Source: Patescibacteria group bacterium (GTDB lineage Bacteria > Patescibacteriota > Patescibacteriia > 2-01-FULL-39-33). Taken from it: a DNA stretch of 32,000 nt. The translations under genes were made by a program, and so were the position numbers. Below are positions 24,400-32,000 of this stretch, in pieces. A model generated the notes under the pieces. The model had not been told where the DNA came from and ran no database searches. It saw only the letters and a list, made by a program, of their open reading frames with translations. Numbering within the stretch: position 1 is the first letter of the stretch; the number at the start of each line of letters is the position of its first letter. The stretch spans positions 180,001-212,000 of the forward strand of contig JBAZRV010000002.1 of the NCBI GenBank assembly GCA_041662745.1, in the 5' to 3' direction.

Positions 24400-24408
24400 T
24401 TATCCACA
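24400..24408. promoter_or_regulatory. Perfect DnaA-box-like 9-mer TTATCCACA
   Basis: Exact match, intergenic, about 30 nt upstream of an extended -10 element, TGTTATAAT (24437-24445). Confidence 0.3.
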
Positions 24409-24474
24409 CCCGGAGTTGTTTGACTTCGGGTGTTTGTGTTATAATATACTTAAACGTAAACAAAATTTATCAAG

Positions 24475-27399
24475 GTGGCAAAGAAAAAATCTTTAAACAA
24501 AGAAGGACTTGAGCCCAGGGTTTTTGATTTGGAGAATAAATCCAGTAAGGCAGTTCGAAAACCGCGCGTTTCCAGCCGCAAAACGGCTGATATTTTGTTT
24601 GCCCAAAATGATACGGCCGAAAAATCAGCCGCTAAAACCGAGATAATCGTCAATCAATCGCCACCCAAAACTTTCAATCTGCATATTGCCGAGAATCAGC
24701 TGGATGTTTATCGCTCTCCTCATTTATTAAATTTGTCCAAGGCCGGCCGGATAGAAAAAAATAAGCCGGAACAGCACAGAGATTGGCCGGTCAAGGATAT
24801 GCCGGCCGGAAAAATATTATCCCGGTTTAGGATTTTGGAATTTTTTGATTTTTCACAGAGTGAAATTTATCTGTATTTATTAAGAATCGCTCAGATTGTC
24901 AAGACTTTTTTCCTTATCTTATTTTCTCGCGCCAAATTGGAATCAAAATTACCCGCTCCGGCCGGAGCTAAGGCGGTCGGCGGAAACAAAGCGATTGATC
25001 GGCTGGCGGAAATATCTTTTGTTAATTTATTTTTATTTATCGCCAACCAATTTTATCGCGTTTATCTGGCGCTGTATAAATTTTTCTGGCTGATATATTT
25101 GTTTGCTCGGAAAGCCCGGTCTCGCCGCGATCAGGTGATTTATTTGCCCAAGCCCGGCGTTGAGCCGCAGAAGGCCGCGGTGATTGACGGCTTGATTCAA
25201 GTCAATGAAGCGCCGACAATCGCAGAATTGATCAAGGAGTATTCGCCGCAAACCAAAATTCGGCCGTTGCCGACAGCGCCTTCAGCCAAAGAAATCCGGG
25301 AGAAATATCTGGAAACCAATCCCTTCCTGCGCCGAGGCGTAGTTCTGAATCCTCAGCCGCCGTCAGTCGGTTGGCCGAAGCGCCAGTTGGATTTATCTTT
25401 TTCTAATTTTGAATTTCATCGATCCCTGCTTCGGCCGGTCGCTGTTTTTTGCGGCATACTTTTGGCCCTGTTCGGCTCGATTAAAGCCATCACTTATTGG
25501 GATAGCGCTTTAAGCGTTAAGGGAGAGGTGATGGGCGTGGCCGAACAAGCGGTGGGCAATATGTCTAATGCCGGCGATAAACTGAAAGCCTTGGATTTCG
25601 CTTCGGCGCAACAAGATTTCCAATCGGCGCAACAAGATTTCCAATCGGCGCGATCGCAATTGGAGCGGCTCAAGTCATTTGTAACTGTTTTGGCCGACAT
25701 AACTCCAGCCGGCAATATTTATAAAAGCGGCAAGAACACGCTGGAAATGGGGGATCATCTGTCTGCCGCCGCTTTCGGGTTGCTGTCCGGCATTAATGAT
25801 ATTTCTTCTTCCACCGATCTGTCTTTATCCAGTCGGGTCAAAAGTTTTTCTTCGGCGGTCAAGCCGGCTGTAGCCGAATTAGCCGCCGCCGCTTCTAACG
25901 CCAAATCAATCAACCCGGCGCATTTGCCCGAGGGCGGCAAGGAGCAGTTTATAAAACTCAAAGACGCTTTGCCTCAAGCCGTCAGCGCCTTAAGCCAGCT
26001 TCAAGAAACTTTGGATTTTTCCGTCGCTGTTTTGGGCGATAACGAATTGCGCCGTTATTTGCTGGTTTTCCAGAATGACAATGAGTTGCGCGCCACCGGA
26101 GGATTTATGGGCAGTTACGCCCTGGTTGATTTTAAGGATGGCAAGATAGAAAAAATCACTATTCCGCAAGGTGGCACTTATGACGTCAGAGCCGGCTTCA
26201 ATAAGATACTGATTCCGCCCGAACCCTTGCGCTTGGTTGGCAGCCGCTGGGAATTCCAGGATGCCAATTGGTGGCCCGATTGGCCCACCTCGGCGACTAA
26301 CGTCAAATGGTTTTATGAAAAGTCCGGCGGGCCGACCGTGGACGGCGTGATTGCCATTAACTCCGGCTGGCTCAAGGATCTGCTTCAGGTAACCGGGCCG
26401 ATCGCTTTGCCGCAATACGGCAAAACGATTACCGCCGATAATTTTGAAGACGAATTGCAGCGCAGTATTGAATTGCAGGCGGCGGATAAATCCAAGCCCA
26501 AGAAGATCCTGTCGGAATTGGCGCCGAAAATCTTAGACAAGGTTTTTAATTTGCCGCCCAAAGACAATCTGCGTCTGGCCGAAGTCATCGCCGGCGCGCT
26601 CAAATCCCGCGCTATCCAGTTGTATTTCAGCAATAATGATTTGCAAAAATTCGCCCTCCGAAACGATTGGGCCGGGGCTTTGGCGACGCCCGCCCCCCAC
26701 ACTGATTATTTGAATGTCATCGCCACCAACATCGGCGGCGGCAAAACCGATGACTTGGTGCGCCAAAAGATATACCATCAAGCGGAAATCAAAGCTGACG
26801 GCTCGGTGATAGATCGGGTGGTTATCAGCCGTTATAACGCTTCTTCCATTGAGGATCCGCTAAGAAAAGCGGCCAATAATACTTACTTGCGGGTTTATGT
26901 GCCTGCGGGCAGCGAGCTTTTGGGCGCTTACGGCTTTAAGGATTTTGCCAGTTCCGCTTATAAAGATTTGGATCAGGGCGCGATTGAAAGTGGTTTGTTA
27001 GCGGGAGAAACGGGAGCCGTTGACAGCGTAGGGGGGACCAAGGTTTATCAGGAAAACAATTATACGGTGTTTGCCAATTGGACGGTAATCGGTCCGGGAG
27101 AAAGTCAAGAAGCGGTACTGGTTTACCGTCTGCCGTTTAAGGTTGGCAAGGACTTTAAGCCAAAAGGATTAATTATGTCAGCGGCTAATTTTTTCACTCC
27201 GGAAATAGCTCCTTATAATTTTGTTTTTCAGAAACAGTCCGGCCGTAGCAATGATCAGATTCAGAGCGTCGTTACTTATAGCGATAATTTATCGCCGAAA
27301 CTGATTTATCCCAAATCCGCCACCACAGAAAACAATAATGTTTACTCCCAAGCGTTGACTGATCAGGATCGTTATCTAAGCATCGCTTTTATAAAATAA
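24475..27399 (+). CDS. Large membrane-anchored envelope protein, DUF4012-like
   Basis: TM segments occur in the N-terminal third. LLVFQNDNELRATGGFMGSYALVDFKDGKI matches, from memory, the signature of the DUF4012 family. A GTG start is annotated and the true start is uncertain. Confidence 0.65.
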   Translation: MAKKKSLNKEGLEPRVFDLENKSSKAVRKPRVSSRKTADILFAQNDTAEKSAAKTEIIVNQSPPKTFNLHIAENQLDVYRSPHLLNLSKAGRIEKNKPEQHRDWPVKDMPAGKILSRFRILEFFDFSQSEIYLYLLRIAQIVKTFFLILFSRAKLESKLPAPAGAKAVGGNKAIDRLAEISFVNLFLFIANQFYRVYLALYKFFWLIYLFARKARSRRDQVIYLPKPGVEPQKAAVIDGLIQVNEAPTIAELIKEYSPQTKIRPLPTAPSAKEIREKYLETNPFLRRGVVLNPQPPSVGWPKRQLDLSFSNFEFHRSLLRPVAVFCGILLALFGSIKAITYWDSALSVKGEVMGVAEQAVGNMSNAGDKLKALDFASAQQDFQSAQQDFQSARSQLERLKSFVTVLADITPAGNIYKSGKNTLEMGDHLSAAAFGLLSGINDISSSTDLSLSSRVKSFSSAVKPAVAELAAAASNAKSINPAHLPEGGKEQFIKLKDALPQAVSALSQLQETLDFSVAVLGDNELRRYLLVFQNDNELRATGGFMGSYALVDFKDGKIEKITIPQGGTYDVRAGFNKILIPPEPLRLVGSRWEFQDANWWPDWPTSATNVKWFYEKSGGPTVDGVIAINSGWLKDLLQVTGPIALPQYGKTITADNFEDELQRSIELQAADKSKPKKILSELAPKILDKVFNLPPKDNLRLAEVIAGALKSRAIQLYFSNNDLQKFALRNDWAGALATPAPHTDYLNVIATNIGGGKTDDLVRQKIYHQAEIKADGSVIDRVVISRYNASSIEDPLRKAANNTYLRVYVPAGSELLGAYGFKDFASSAYKDLDQGAIESGLLAGETGAVDSVGGTKVYQENNYTVFANWTVIGPGESQEAVLVYRLPFKVGKDFKPKGLIMSAANFFTPEIAPYNFVFQKQSGRSNDQIQSVVTYSDNLSPKLIYPKSATTENNNVYSQALTDQDRYLSIAFIK
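25603..25651 (+). repeat. In-frame 21-bp tandem repeat (2.3 copies) inside the DUF4012-like gene
   Basis: tcggcgcaacaagatttccaa occurs at 25603-25623 and 25624-25644, with a partial copy at 25645-25651. It encodes SAQQDFQ SAQQDFQ SA. Confidence 0.9.
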
Positions 27400-27414
27400 T
27401 TTATTTATCGGCTT

Positions 27415-29442
27415 ATGCCAGAACAAACCCCCAAAACCAAAGTCGGAGAAATAACCGCCAATCAGGAATTATCGGAAATGGAAAATAACGAAAATAATAG
27501 CGGCACCGGGCCAAATGATATGGTTACAGCGATTGAAAATAAAAATCAGCCGCCGGCCAAATCAGCTAAACGCGGATTGTTCCATTTGAGGCGCGGCAGT
27601 GCGGGCAGGCAAAAAGAAATTTCTCGCGATTTGGCGGAAGTCTATACTGATGACGACGGGGTCATACCGGATTTGACTCGATTGGAGTCCAATGAACGGC
27701 CTCTGTGGCAGACTATAGTTTATACCTTGATTGCGGTTCTGGCGGTATTGCTGGTTGGCGCCGCCGTTATTTATTTGATTCTCGCCAATCTTAACAGCGA
27801 TACCTTTACCAACGAACGCATAACTTTTAAATTAGAACCGCCAATCTCCATTGTTTCCGGGCAAGAGGGGACTTACACGATAATCATCGCTAATCGCGAA
27901 CGGGTGAATCTTTATGATTTGGATATTGAATTGAAATATCCCGACACCTTTCAATTGGTTTCTTCCTCTCCGGTGGCAACCGGCGACAAGAGAAATATCT
28001 GGAATATTTCCGTTTTAAAAATCGGCGAAACGCAAAAAATAGAATTGCGCGGAAAAATCATCGCTCCCTTGGATTCCGTGCAAACCGTTACCGGTGCCAT
28101 GACCTTCAAGCCGGCCAATCTAAACGCCGAATTCAGTCAGAAATTCAATTTAGATATGGGTGTCAATGCCTCTACGATTATCCTGACTGTCTCCGGGCCG
28201 GATAAAACGCTGGCTAACCAGGGCATTTCCTACACCGTTGATTTGCGCAATGTCGGCACTGAAGTCTTAAATGATTTGGAGGTGGTAGCCGAATATCCGC
28301 CAGGGTTTGTCCTCTCCTCCACTACGCCCGCCGCCAAGGATGGCACTAATAATGTTTGGAGCGTAGCCAAGCTGGCCACTTCCACCGATATGGCTACCAG
28401 CAGCGATCAGAAAATAATCATCGGCGGCAATTATTCGGGCATCGTTGATTCGGGCAATCAGGAATTTAAAGTCAAAGTCAATCTGAAAAATCAAAGCGAG
28501 TATATCTTGCAAAGCGAACAGTCGGCCGTTACCGCCGTGGTCAAGGATCAATTAAGTTTGAGCGTGATAGTCAACGGTTCGGGCGAGGATCAGCCGGTGT
28601 CTTTCGGCGATTTATTGGTATATACGATTAACTTTAAAAACACCGGCACCGAAGATTTGAAAAATGTGGAATTAACGGCCAAAGTGGACTCCCAGATTTT
28701 GGATTGGGCGACTTTAAGCAGTGATCACGAGGGCAAAGTTAACGAAGGCATAATTGTTTGGACCGGCAAGGAGCTGCCCAGCCTGTTGAATTTGCGTCCG
28801 GGCGAAGAGGGCGCCGTAACTTTTCAGTTAAGAGTCAAGGATTTGGCGGCTATCAGCTCCCTGGATGTGTCTAAGTTCAGTGTGGAAAGCTCGGCTCAAG
28901 CCAAAATTAAAAATGCTGACGGCGTTAATGCCATTAATTCAAAAATCATTACTAATTCCATTAATTCCGATTTGAGTTTAATTGCCGCGGCGCGTTATTA
29001 CAATGAAGACAATCTGCCTCTTGGCTCCGGCCCGATCACTCCGCAAGCCGATGAGACTTCTTCTTACAATATCCGTTTATCCTTAACCAATAACTTGCAC
29101 GATATCGGCAATATTGAAGTCAGCGCCATTTTGCCCAAGTTTGTCAATTGGGATGATAAGGAAAATCACAACACTGGTGACTTTTTATATAACTCTAAAA
29201 CCAAAAAATTATCTTGGCGTATTTCTAAGTTGCCCAAATCAGTCAAAGACGCCGCCATTGATTTTAATGTATCAATCAAGCCGACGACTGATGACATCGG
29301 CCGAGTGTTGATTTTGATTCCCGAATTCAAATTGACGGCTAAAGACCTGGAAACCGGCTCGGATATCTCCAAAACGATTAGAGCGGTTACCACCGCCTTC
29401 TCCGACCCCATCATGGGTAATTTATCAGGCATAGTGGAATAA
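27415..29442 (+). CDS. Membrane-anchored surface protein with repeated DUF11/CARDB-like Ig-fold domains
   Basis: One TM helix (LWQTIVYTLIAVLAVLLVGAAVIYLIL) is followed by repeated segments of the type ...YTIIIANRERVNLYDLDIELKYPDTF, ...YTVDLRNVGTEVLNDLEVVAEYPPGF and ...YTINFKNTGTEDLKNVELTAKV. Confidence 0.6.
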   Translation: MPEQTPKTKVGEITANQELSEMENNENNSGTGPNDMVTAIENKNQPPAKSAKRGLFHLRRGSAGRQKEISRDLAEVYTDDDGVIPDLTRLESNERPLWQTIVYTLIAVLAVLLVGAAVIYLILANLNSDTFTNERITFKLEPPISIVSGQEGTYTIIIANRERVNLYDLDIELKYPDTFQLVSSSPVATGDKRNIWNISVLKIGETQKIELRGKIIAPLDSVQTVTGAMTFKPANLNAEFSQKFNLDMGVNASTIILTVSGPDKTLANQGISYTVDLRNVGTEVLNDLEVVAEYPPGFVLSSTTPAAKDGTNNVWSVAKLATSTDMATSSDQKIIIGGNYSGIVDSGNQEFKVKVNLKNQSEYILQSEQSAVTAVVKDQLSLSVIVNGSGEDQPVSFGDLLVYTINFKNTGTEDLKNVELTAKVDSQILDWATLSSDHEGKVNEGIIVWTGKELPSLLNLRPGEEGAVTFQLRVKDLAAISSLDVSKFSVESSAQAKIKNADGVNAINSKIITNSINSDLSLIAAARYYNEDNLPLGSGPITPQADETSSYNIRLSLTNNLHDIGNIEVSAILPKFVNWDDKENHNTGDFLYNSKTKKLSWRISKLPKSVKDAAIDFNVSIKPTTDDIGRVLILIPEFKLTAKDLETGSDISKTIRAVTTAFSDPIMGNLSGIVE

Positions 29443-29618
29443 CCCCGCCATCGGACTGATTGCAAAAATCATCGTTACAATCAGTGATGAAATCAGGGAC
29501 GAAATAATATATTTCTAATTTTTTCTCAATAGGCAACAGATATAAATAAGCGCCTCTGCATTCGTGACTTATTATTATATCAAATAACCTAATATCAAAT
29601 AACTTAAATTCCGTTAAG

Positions 29619-30812
29619 ATGGCCTTTAAACTGCTTAAAAAATCTAAGAAATCCCAAGCGCGATTAGGAAAATTAAAAACCGCCCACGGCATCATTAAGA
29701 CGCCGTTTTTTATGCCGATTGCCACTAAGGGAGCGGTCAAGAATCTAACCGCCGCTGATGTTAAGGATCTTGGTTCGCCCATATTATTATCCAACACCTA
29801 TCATTTGTATTTGACGCCGGGCAGGGAAGTACTGTCTGCCGCCGGCGGTTTGCATAAATTTATGGATTGGCGCGGAGCCATCCTGACCGACTCCGGCGGT
29901 TTCCAAGTATTCTCACTGTCTAAAATCAGGAAAATCCTGCCTCAGGGCGTGGAGTTCCGTTCGCACTTGGACGGCAGCAAGCACATCTTAACGCCTAAAT
30001 CAGTCTTGGATATTCAGAAAACTATCGGTTCGGACATTGCCATGATTTTGGATGTCTGTCCGCCGTCAACCGCCAAACACCAAGAGATCAAGGAAGCGGT
30101 TGAAATTACAACCAAATGGGCCAAGGAGGCGGCCAGAACGATTAAAAGCCGAAAGTCCAGAAGCAAAAACCAGGACAAGCAATTATACTTTGCTATCGTC
30201 CAGGGTGGTGTCTATAGGGATTTGCGCGAGCAATCATTGCAAGACTTGGTTAAATTGGATTTTGACGGTTATGCGGTCGGCGGCTTGGCCGTGGGTGAAA
30301 CCAACAAAGAAATGTATGAGGTATTGGATTATTTGGCGCCGCAATTGCCGGCCGGCAAGCCGAGATATTTAATGGGCGTGGGTACGCCGGAAAACATTAT
30401 TGAAGCGGTCAAAAAAGGAATAGACATGTTTGATTGCGTTATTCCGACCCGCGAAGCCCGGCATGGCCGGCTGTATGTTTGGCCCGACATGTCATTGCGA
30501 GAAGGATGTAATCATCCGACGAAGCAATCTCTTAAAAAATATCAGCGCGGCCTTCAAGATTGCTTCGCTTCGCTTCGCTTCGCTCGCAATGACGAATGGT
30601 ATCAAACCATCAACATTACCAATTCCAAATACAAGCATGACTTTTCACCGATAAACGGCAGTAACCTGAAAAAATATTCCAAGGCCTATCTGCATCATCT
30701 GTTCAAAACCGGCGAACCCTTAGCTATGCGTTTAGCCACCCTCAATAATCTTGATTTTTATTTGCGATTAATGGAGGGCATCAGGCGACAAATCAAAAAG
30801 GGCAACTTATAA
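29619..30812 (+). CDS. tgt: tRNA-guanine transglycosylase (queuine tRNA-ribosyltransferase) homolog with a 38-aa insertion and no Zn site
   Basis: ARLGKLKTAHGIIKTPFFMPIATKGAVK, LSNTYHL, LTDSGGFQVFSL, YAVGGLAVGE, RYLMGVGTPE, GIDMFDCVIPTR and YSKAYLHHL are all canonical TGT motifs. Confidence 0.85.
   Translation: MAFKLLKKSKKSQARLGKLKTAHGIIKTPFFMPIATKGAVKNLTAADVKDLGSPILLSNTYHLYLTPGREVLSAAGGLHKFMDWRGAILTDSGGFQVFSLSKIRKILPQGVEFRSHLDGSKHILTPKSVLDIQKTIGSDIAMILDVCPPSTAKHQEIKEAVEITTKWAKEAARTIKSRKSRSKNQDKQLYFAIVQGGVYRDLREQSLQDLVKLDFDGYAVGGLAVGETNKEMYEVLDYLAPQLPAGKPRYLMGVGTPENIIEAVKKGIDMFDCVIPTREARHGRLYVWPDMSLREGCNHPTKQSLKKYQRGLQDCFASLRFARNDEWYQTINITNSKYKHDFSPINGSNLKKYSKAYLHHLFKTGEPLAMRLATLNNLDFYLRLMEGIRRQIKKGNL
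30491..30592. repeat. 102-bp palindromic (hairpin-forming) repeat element embedded in-frame in tgt
   Basis: The outer arms gtcattgcgag (30491-30501) / ctcgcaatgac (30582-30592) and the inner arms cgaagcaatct (30520-30530) / agattgcttcg (30557-30567) are each perfect 11-bp complements. The element contains (gcttc)x4 at 30562-30581. Confidence 0.8.
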
Positions 30813-30821
30813 AATGGAAGC

Positions 30822-30850
30822 TCTTGACAACAAGTCAAAAATCAAGTAGA
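30822..30850 (+). promoter_or_regulatory. Sigma70-like promoter for the DHH gene
   Basis: TTGACA (30822-30827), 17 nt, TAGAAT (30845-30850), with a roughly 70-nt leader. Confidence 0.5.
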
Positions 30851-30929
30851 ATAAGCGCTTAGAAAGCACGTTAAAATAAAAAGTAATAGTACAACGGCCG
30901 ATTCAACAGAAACGGCAGGGAGAACAACC

Positions 30930-31979
30930 ATGGAAGCTGACAGATTAGAAAAATTCAAGCATGTTTTGGAGCAAATGAAGGAAAACCCATTAGTTGTGAT
31001 TCTAACCCATCTTGATCCCGATTCCATGGCCTCCGCCGAAGCCATGAGATTTATTGCCAAGTCGGTTGGCATTGAGCAGATTACCGTTCTTTATTGCGAC
31101 GAGTCCACCGATGAGCAAAACGAGGCCATTATCAATAAGTTGGCTTTGGATCGGCGAATGCAGCCGATTGACAGTTGGGTTGATTTTCCGGCTGGTAACA
31201 ACTATGTTATGGTGGATGCCAATTCGCCTTCCGACAGCCGGCTTAAACACGCTAAAGATAAGTTGAAACTTACAATGGTTATTGATCATCATCGCAATGA
31301 CAAAATCAAAGAAACGGATGATGACTTTATTTGGCTGGAAAATTTCGGCGCCTGCGCCACCATGATGTGCGAACTCATTGCCGGTCTGGGCTTATTGAGT
31401 ACCGCTAAGTTCAACGGCGATTTTAAGGATTTGCCCTTATTGCTTTCACTGGGTATCTACATGGATACCAAGGGTTTGATCAGCGCCGGCAGTAAGGATC
31501 GCGAAGCTTTTGCCGAAGTCGCCGGCCTGGCCAAAGAGGCGGACTTGCAGTTCTTCATTAATTATCAGATTTCCCAAACCTACATGGAAGCGCTTAAATG
31601 CGCTTTAAACTCCATGTCTGTCCGGGGAATGAAGATAGTGGCTTATGCCGGAGAAGTAAGCTCCAAGGAAGCTACGGTTATTGCTCGGGTGGCGGATTTT
31701 TTTATTAGAATCAAGGGATTTTCTCTGGCCGTGGTCTGGGCGACGGTTGATGACAGCCAAATCATGGTTTCTGCCCGAGGTACTGATTTCGGCACGCCGC
31801 TTGATGAATTCATACGTTCCCGTTTCGGTTCCGGCGGCGCCAAGGTTTCCAAATGGGGCCTATGGGAAGGTGGCGTTCAATTGCCTTTTAACTTCGGATT
31901 CTTCCACTCCCCGATCAATAGAATGCAACGAATAGCAACGGCTCAGGCCTTAATCACCGGTCTGATTTTGGAAAATTGA
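30930..31979 (+). CDS. DHH-family phosphoesterase (NrnA-like)
   Basis: VVILTHLDPDSMASAEAM (motif I/II DxD), a D in MVDANSP, and VIDHHRND (the DHH motif). The C-terminal DHHA1-like region has a degenerate GGGH motif (GSGGAK). Confidence 0.7.
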   Translation: MEADRLEKFKHVLEQMKENPLVVILTHLDPDSMASAEAMRFIAKSVGIEQITVLYCDESTDEQNEAIINKLALDRRMQPIDSWVDFPAGNNYVMVDANSPSDSRLKHAKDKLKLTMVIDHHRNDKIKETDDDFIWLENFGACATMMCELIAGLGLLSTAKFNGDFKDLPLLLSLGIYMDTKGLISAGSKDREAFAEVAGLAKEADLQFFINYQISQTYMEALKCALNSMSVRGMKIVAYAGEVSSKEATVIARVADFFIRIKGFSLAVVWATVDDSQIMVSARGTDFGTPLDEFIRSRFGSGGAKVSKWGLWEGGVQLPFNFGFFHSPINRMQRIATAQALITGLILEN

Positions 31980-32000
31980 AAATTGATGGCAAATTATTGG

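Noticed and set aside
7424-24408. Interpreting the DnaA-box 9-mers as a replication origin (oriC)
   Set aside because: The boxes are scattered over 17 kb, at most two per site, with no adjacent AT-rich unwinding element cluster and no dnaA/dnaN context. A regulatory role is more plausible.
25990-26781. Minus-strand ORFs (141, 105 and 82 aa) inside the DUF4012-like gene
   Set aside because: They are antisense shadows with no motifs or signals.
29411-29797. 128-aa minus-strand ORF spanning the intergenic region and the tgt 5' end
   Set aside because: It overlaps the confidently identified tgt N-terminus and AT-rich promoter DNA, and its translation is not protein-like.
1-32000. Possible alternative genetic code (UGA recoding, as in some candidate phyla)
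   Set aside because: Conserved genes (rplL, rsmH, murF, dnaB, tgt) have full-length translations ending at TAA, TAG or TGA, with no in-frame TGA needed. The standard code fits.

Overview
The window looks like a contiguous chromosomal segment from a small-genome bacterium using the standard genetic code. Gene content and the short, domain-poor proteins suggest a CPR/Patescibacteria-like organism, but that is an inference.

Gene order, left to right:
- rplJ (3' part) and rplL, then a bidirectional terminator and a convergent 740-aa membrane protein.
- A wHTH regulator, an FG-GAP/L,D-transpeptidase fusion, a small orphan, a 380-bp ORF-free GC-rich spacer, a cyclase-family protein, a membrane protein and a short TsaB-like protein.
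- A partial dcw cluster, mraZ-rsmH-ftsL-like-ftsI-murF. It is preceded by a promoter embedded in 10-bp-phased GTGGTG repeats, which I read as a putative MraZ operator.
- Two orphan genes, then ybaB-dnaB on the minus strand.
- tRNA-Lys(UUU).
- An envelope/glycan locus: a CE4 deacetylase, three GT4 glycosyltransferases, a DUF4012-like 974-aa protein and a DUF11-like 675-aa protein.
- tgt and a DHH phosphoesterase.

Most interesting observations:
1. A 2.06-kb islet sits next to tRNA-Lys and is bounded by an exact 20-bp direct repeat of the tRNA 3' end. It has no integrase. Its cargo is a B12-binding/radical-SAM-like enzyme with a non-canonical Cys spacing.
2. A roughly 140-200-nt intergenic element occurs twice, after that gene and after the neighbouring mini-HAD gene. 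Its 61-nt core keeps two hairpins through compensatory and wobble substitutions.
3. tgt carries an in-frame 114-nt insertion built around a 102-bp palindromic repeat element. It has also lost all four canonical Zn ligands.
4. A two-gene minus-strand module with its own consensus promoter and terminator splits the glycosyltransferase cluster.
5. Perfect TTATCCACA (DnaA-box) 9-mers occur only in intergenic regions.

I saw no CRISPR array, rRNA, transposase or integrase.
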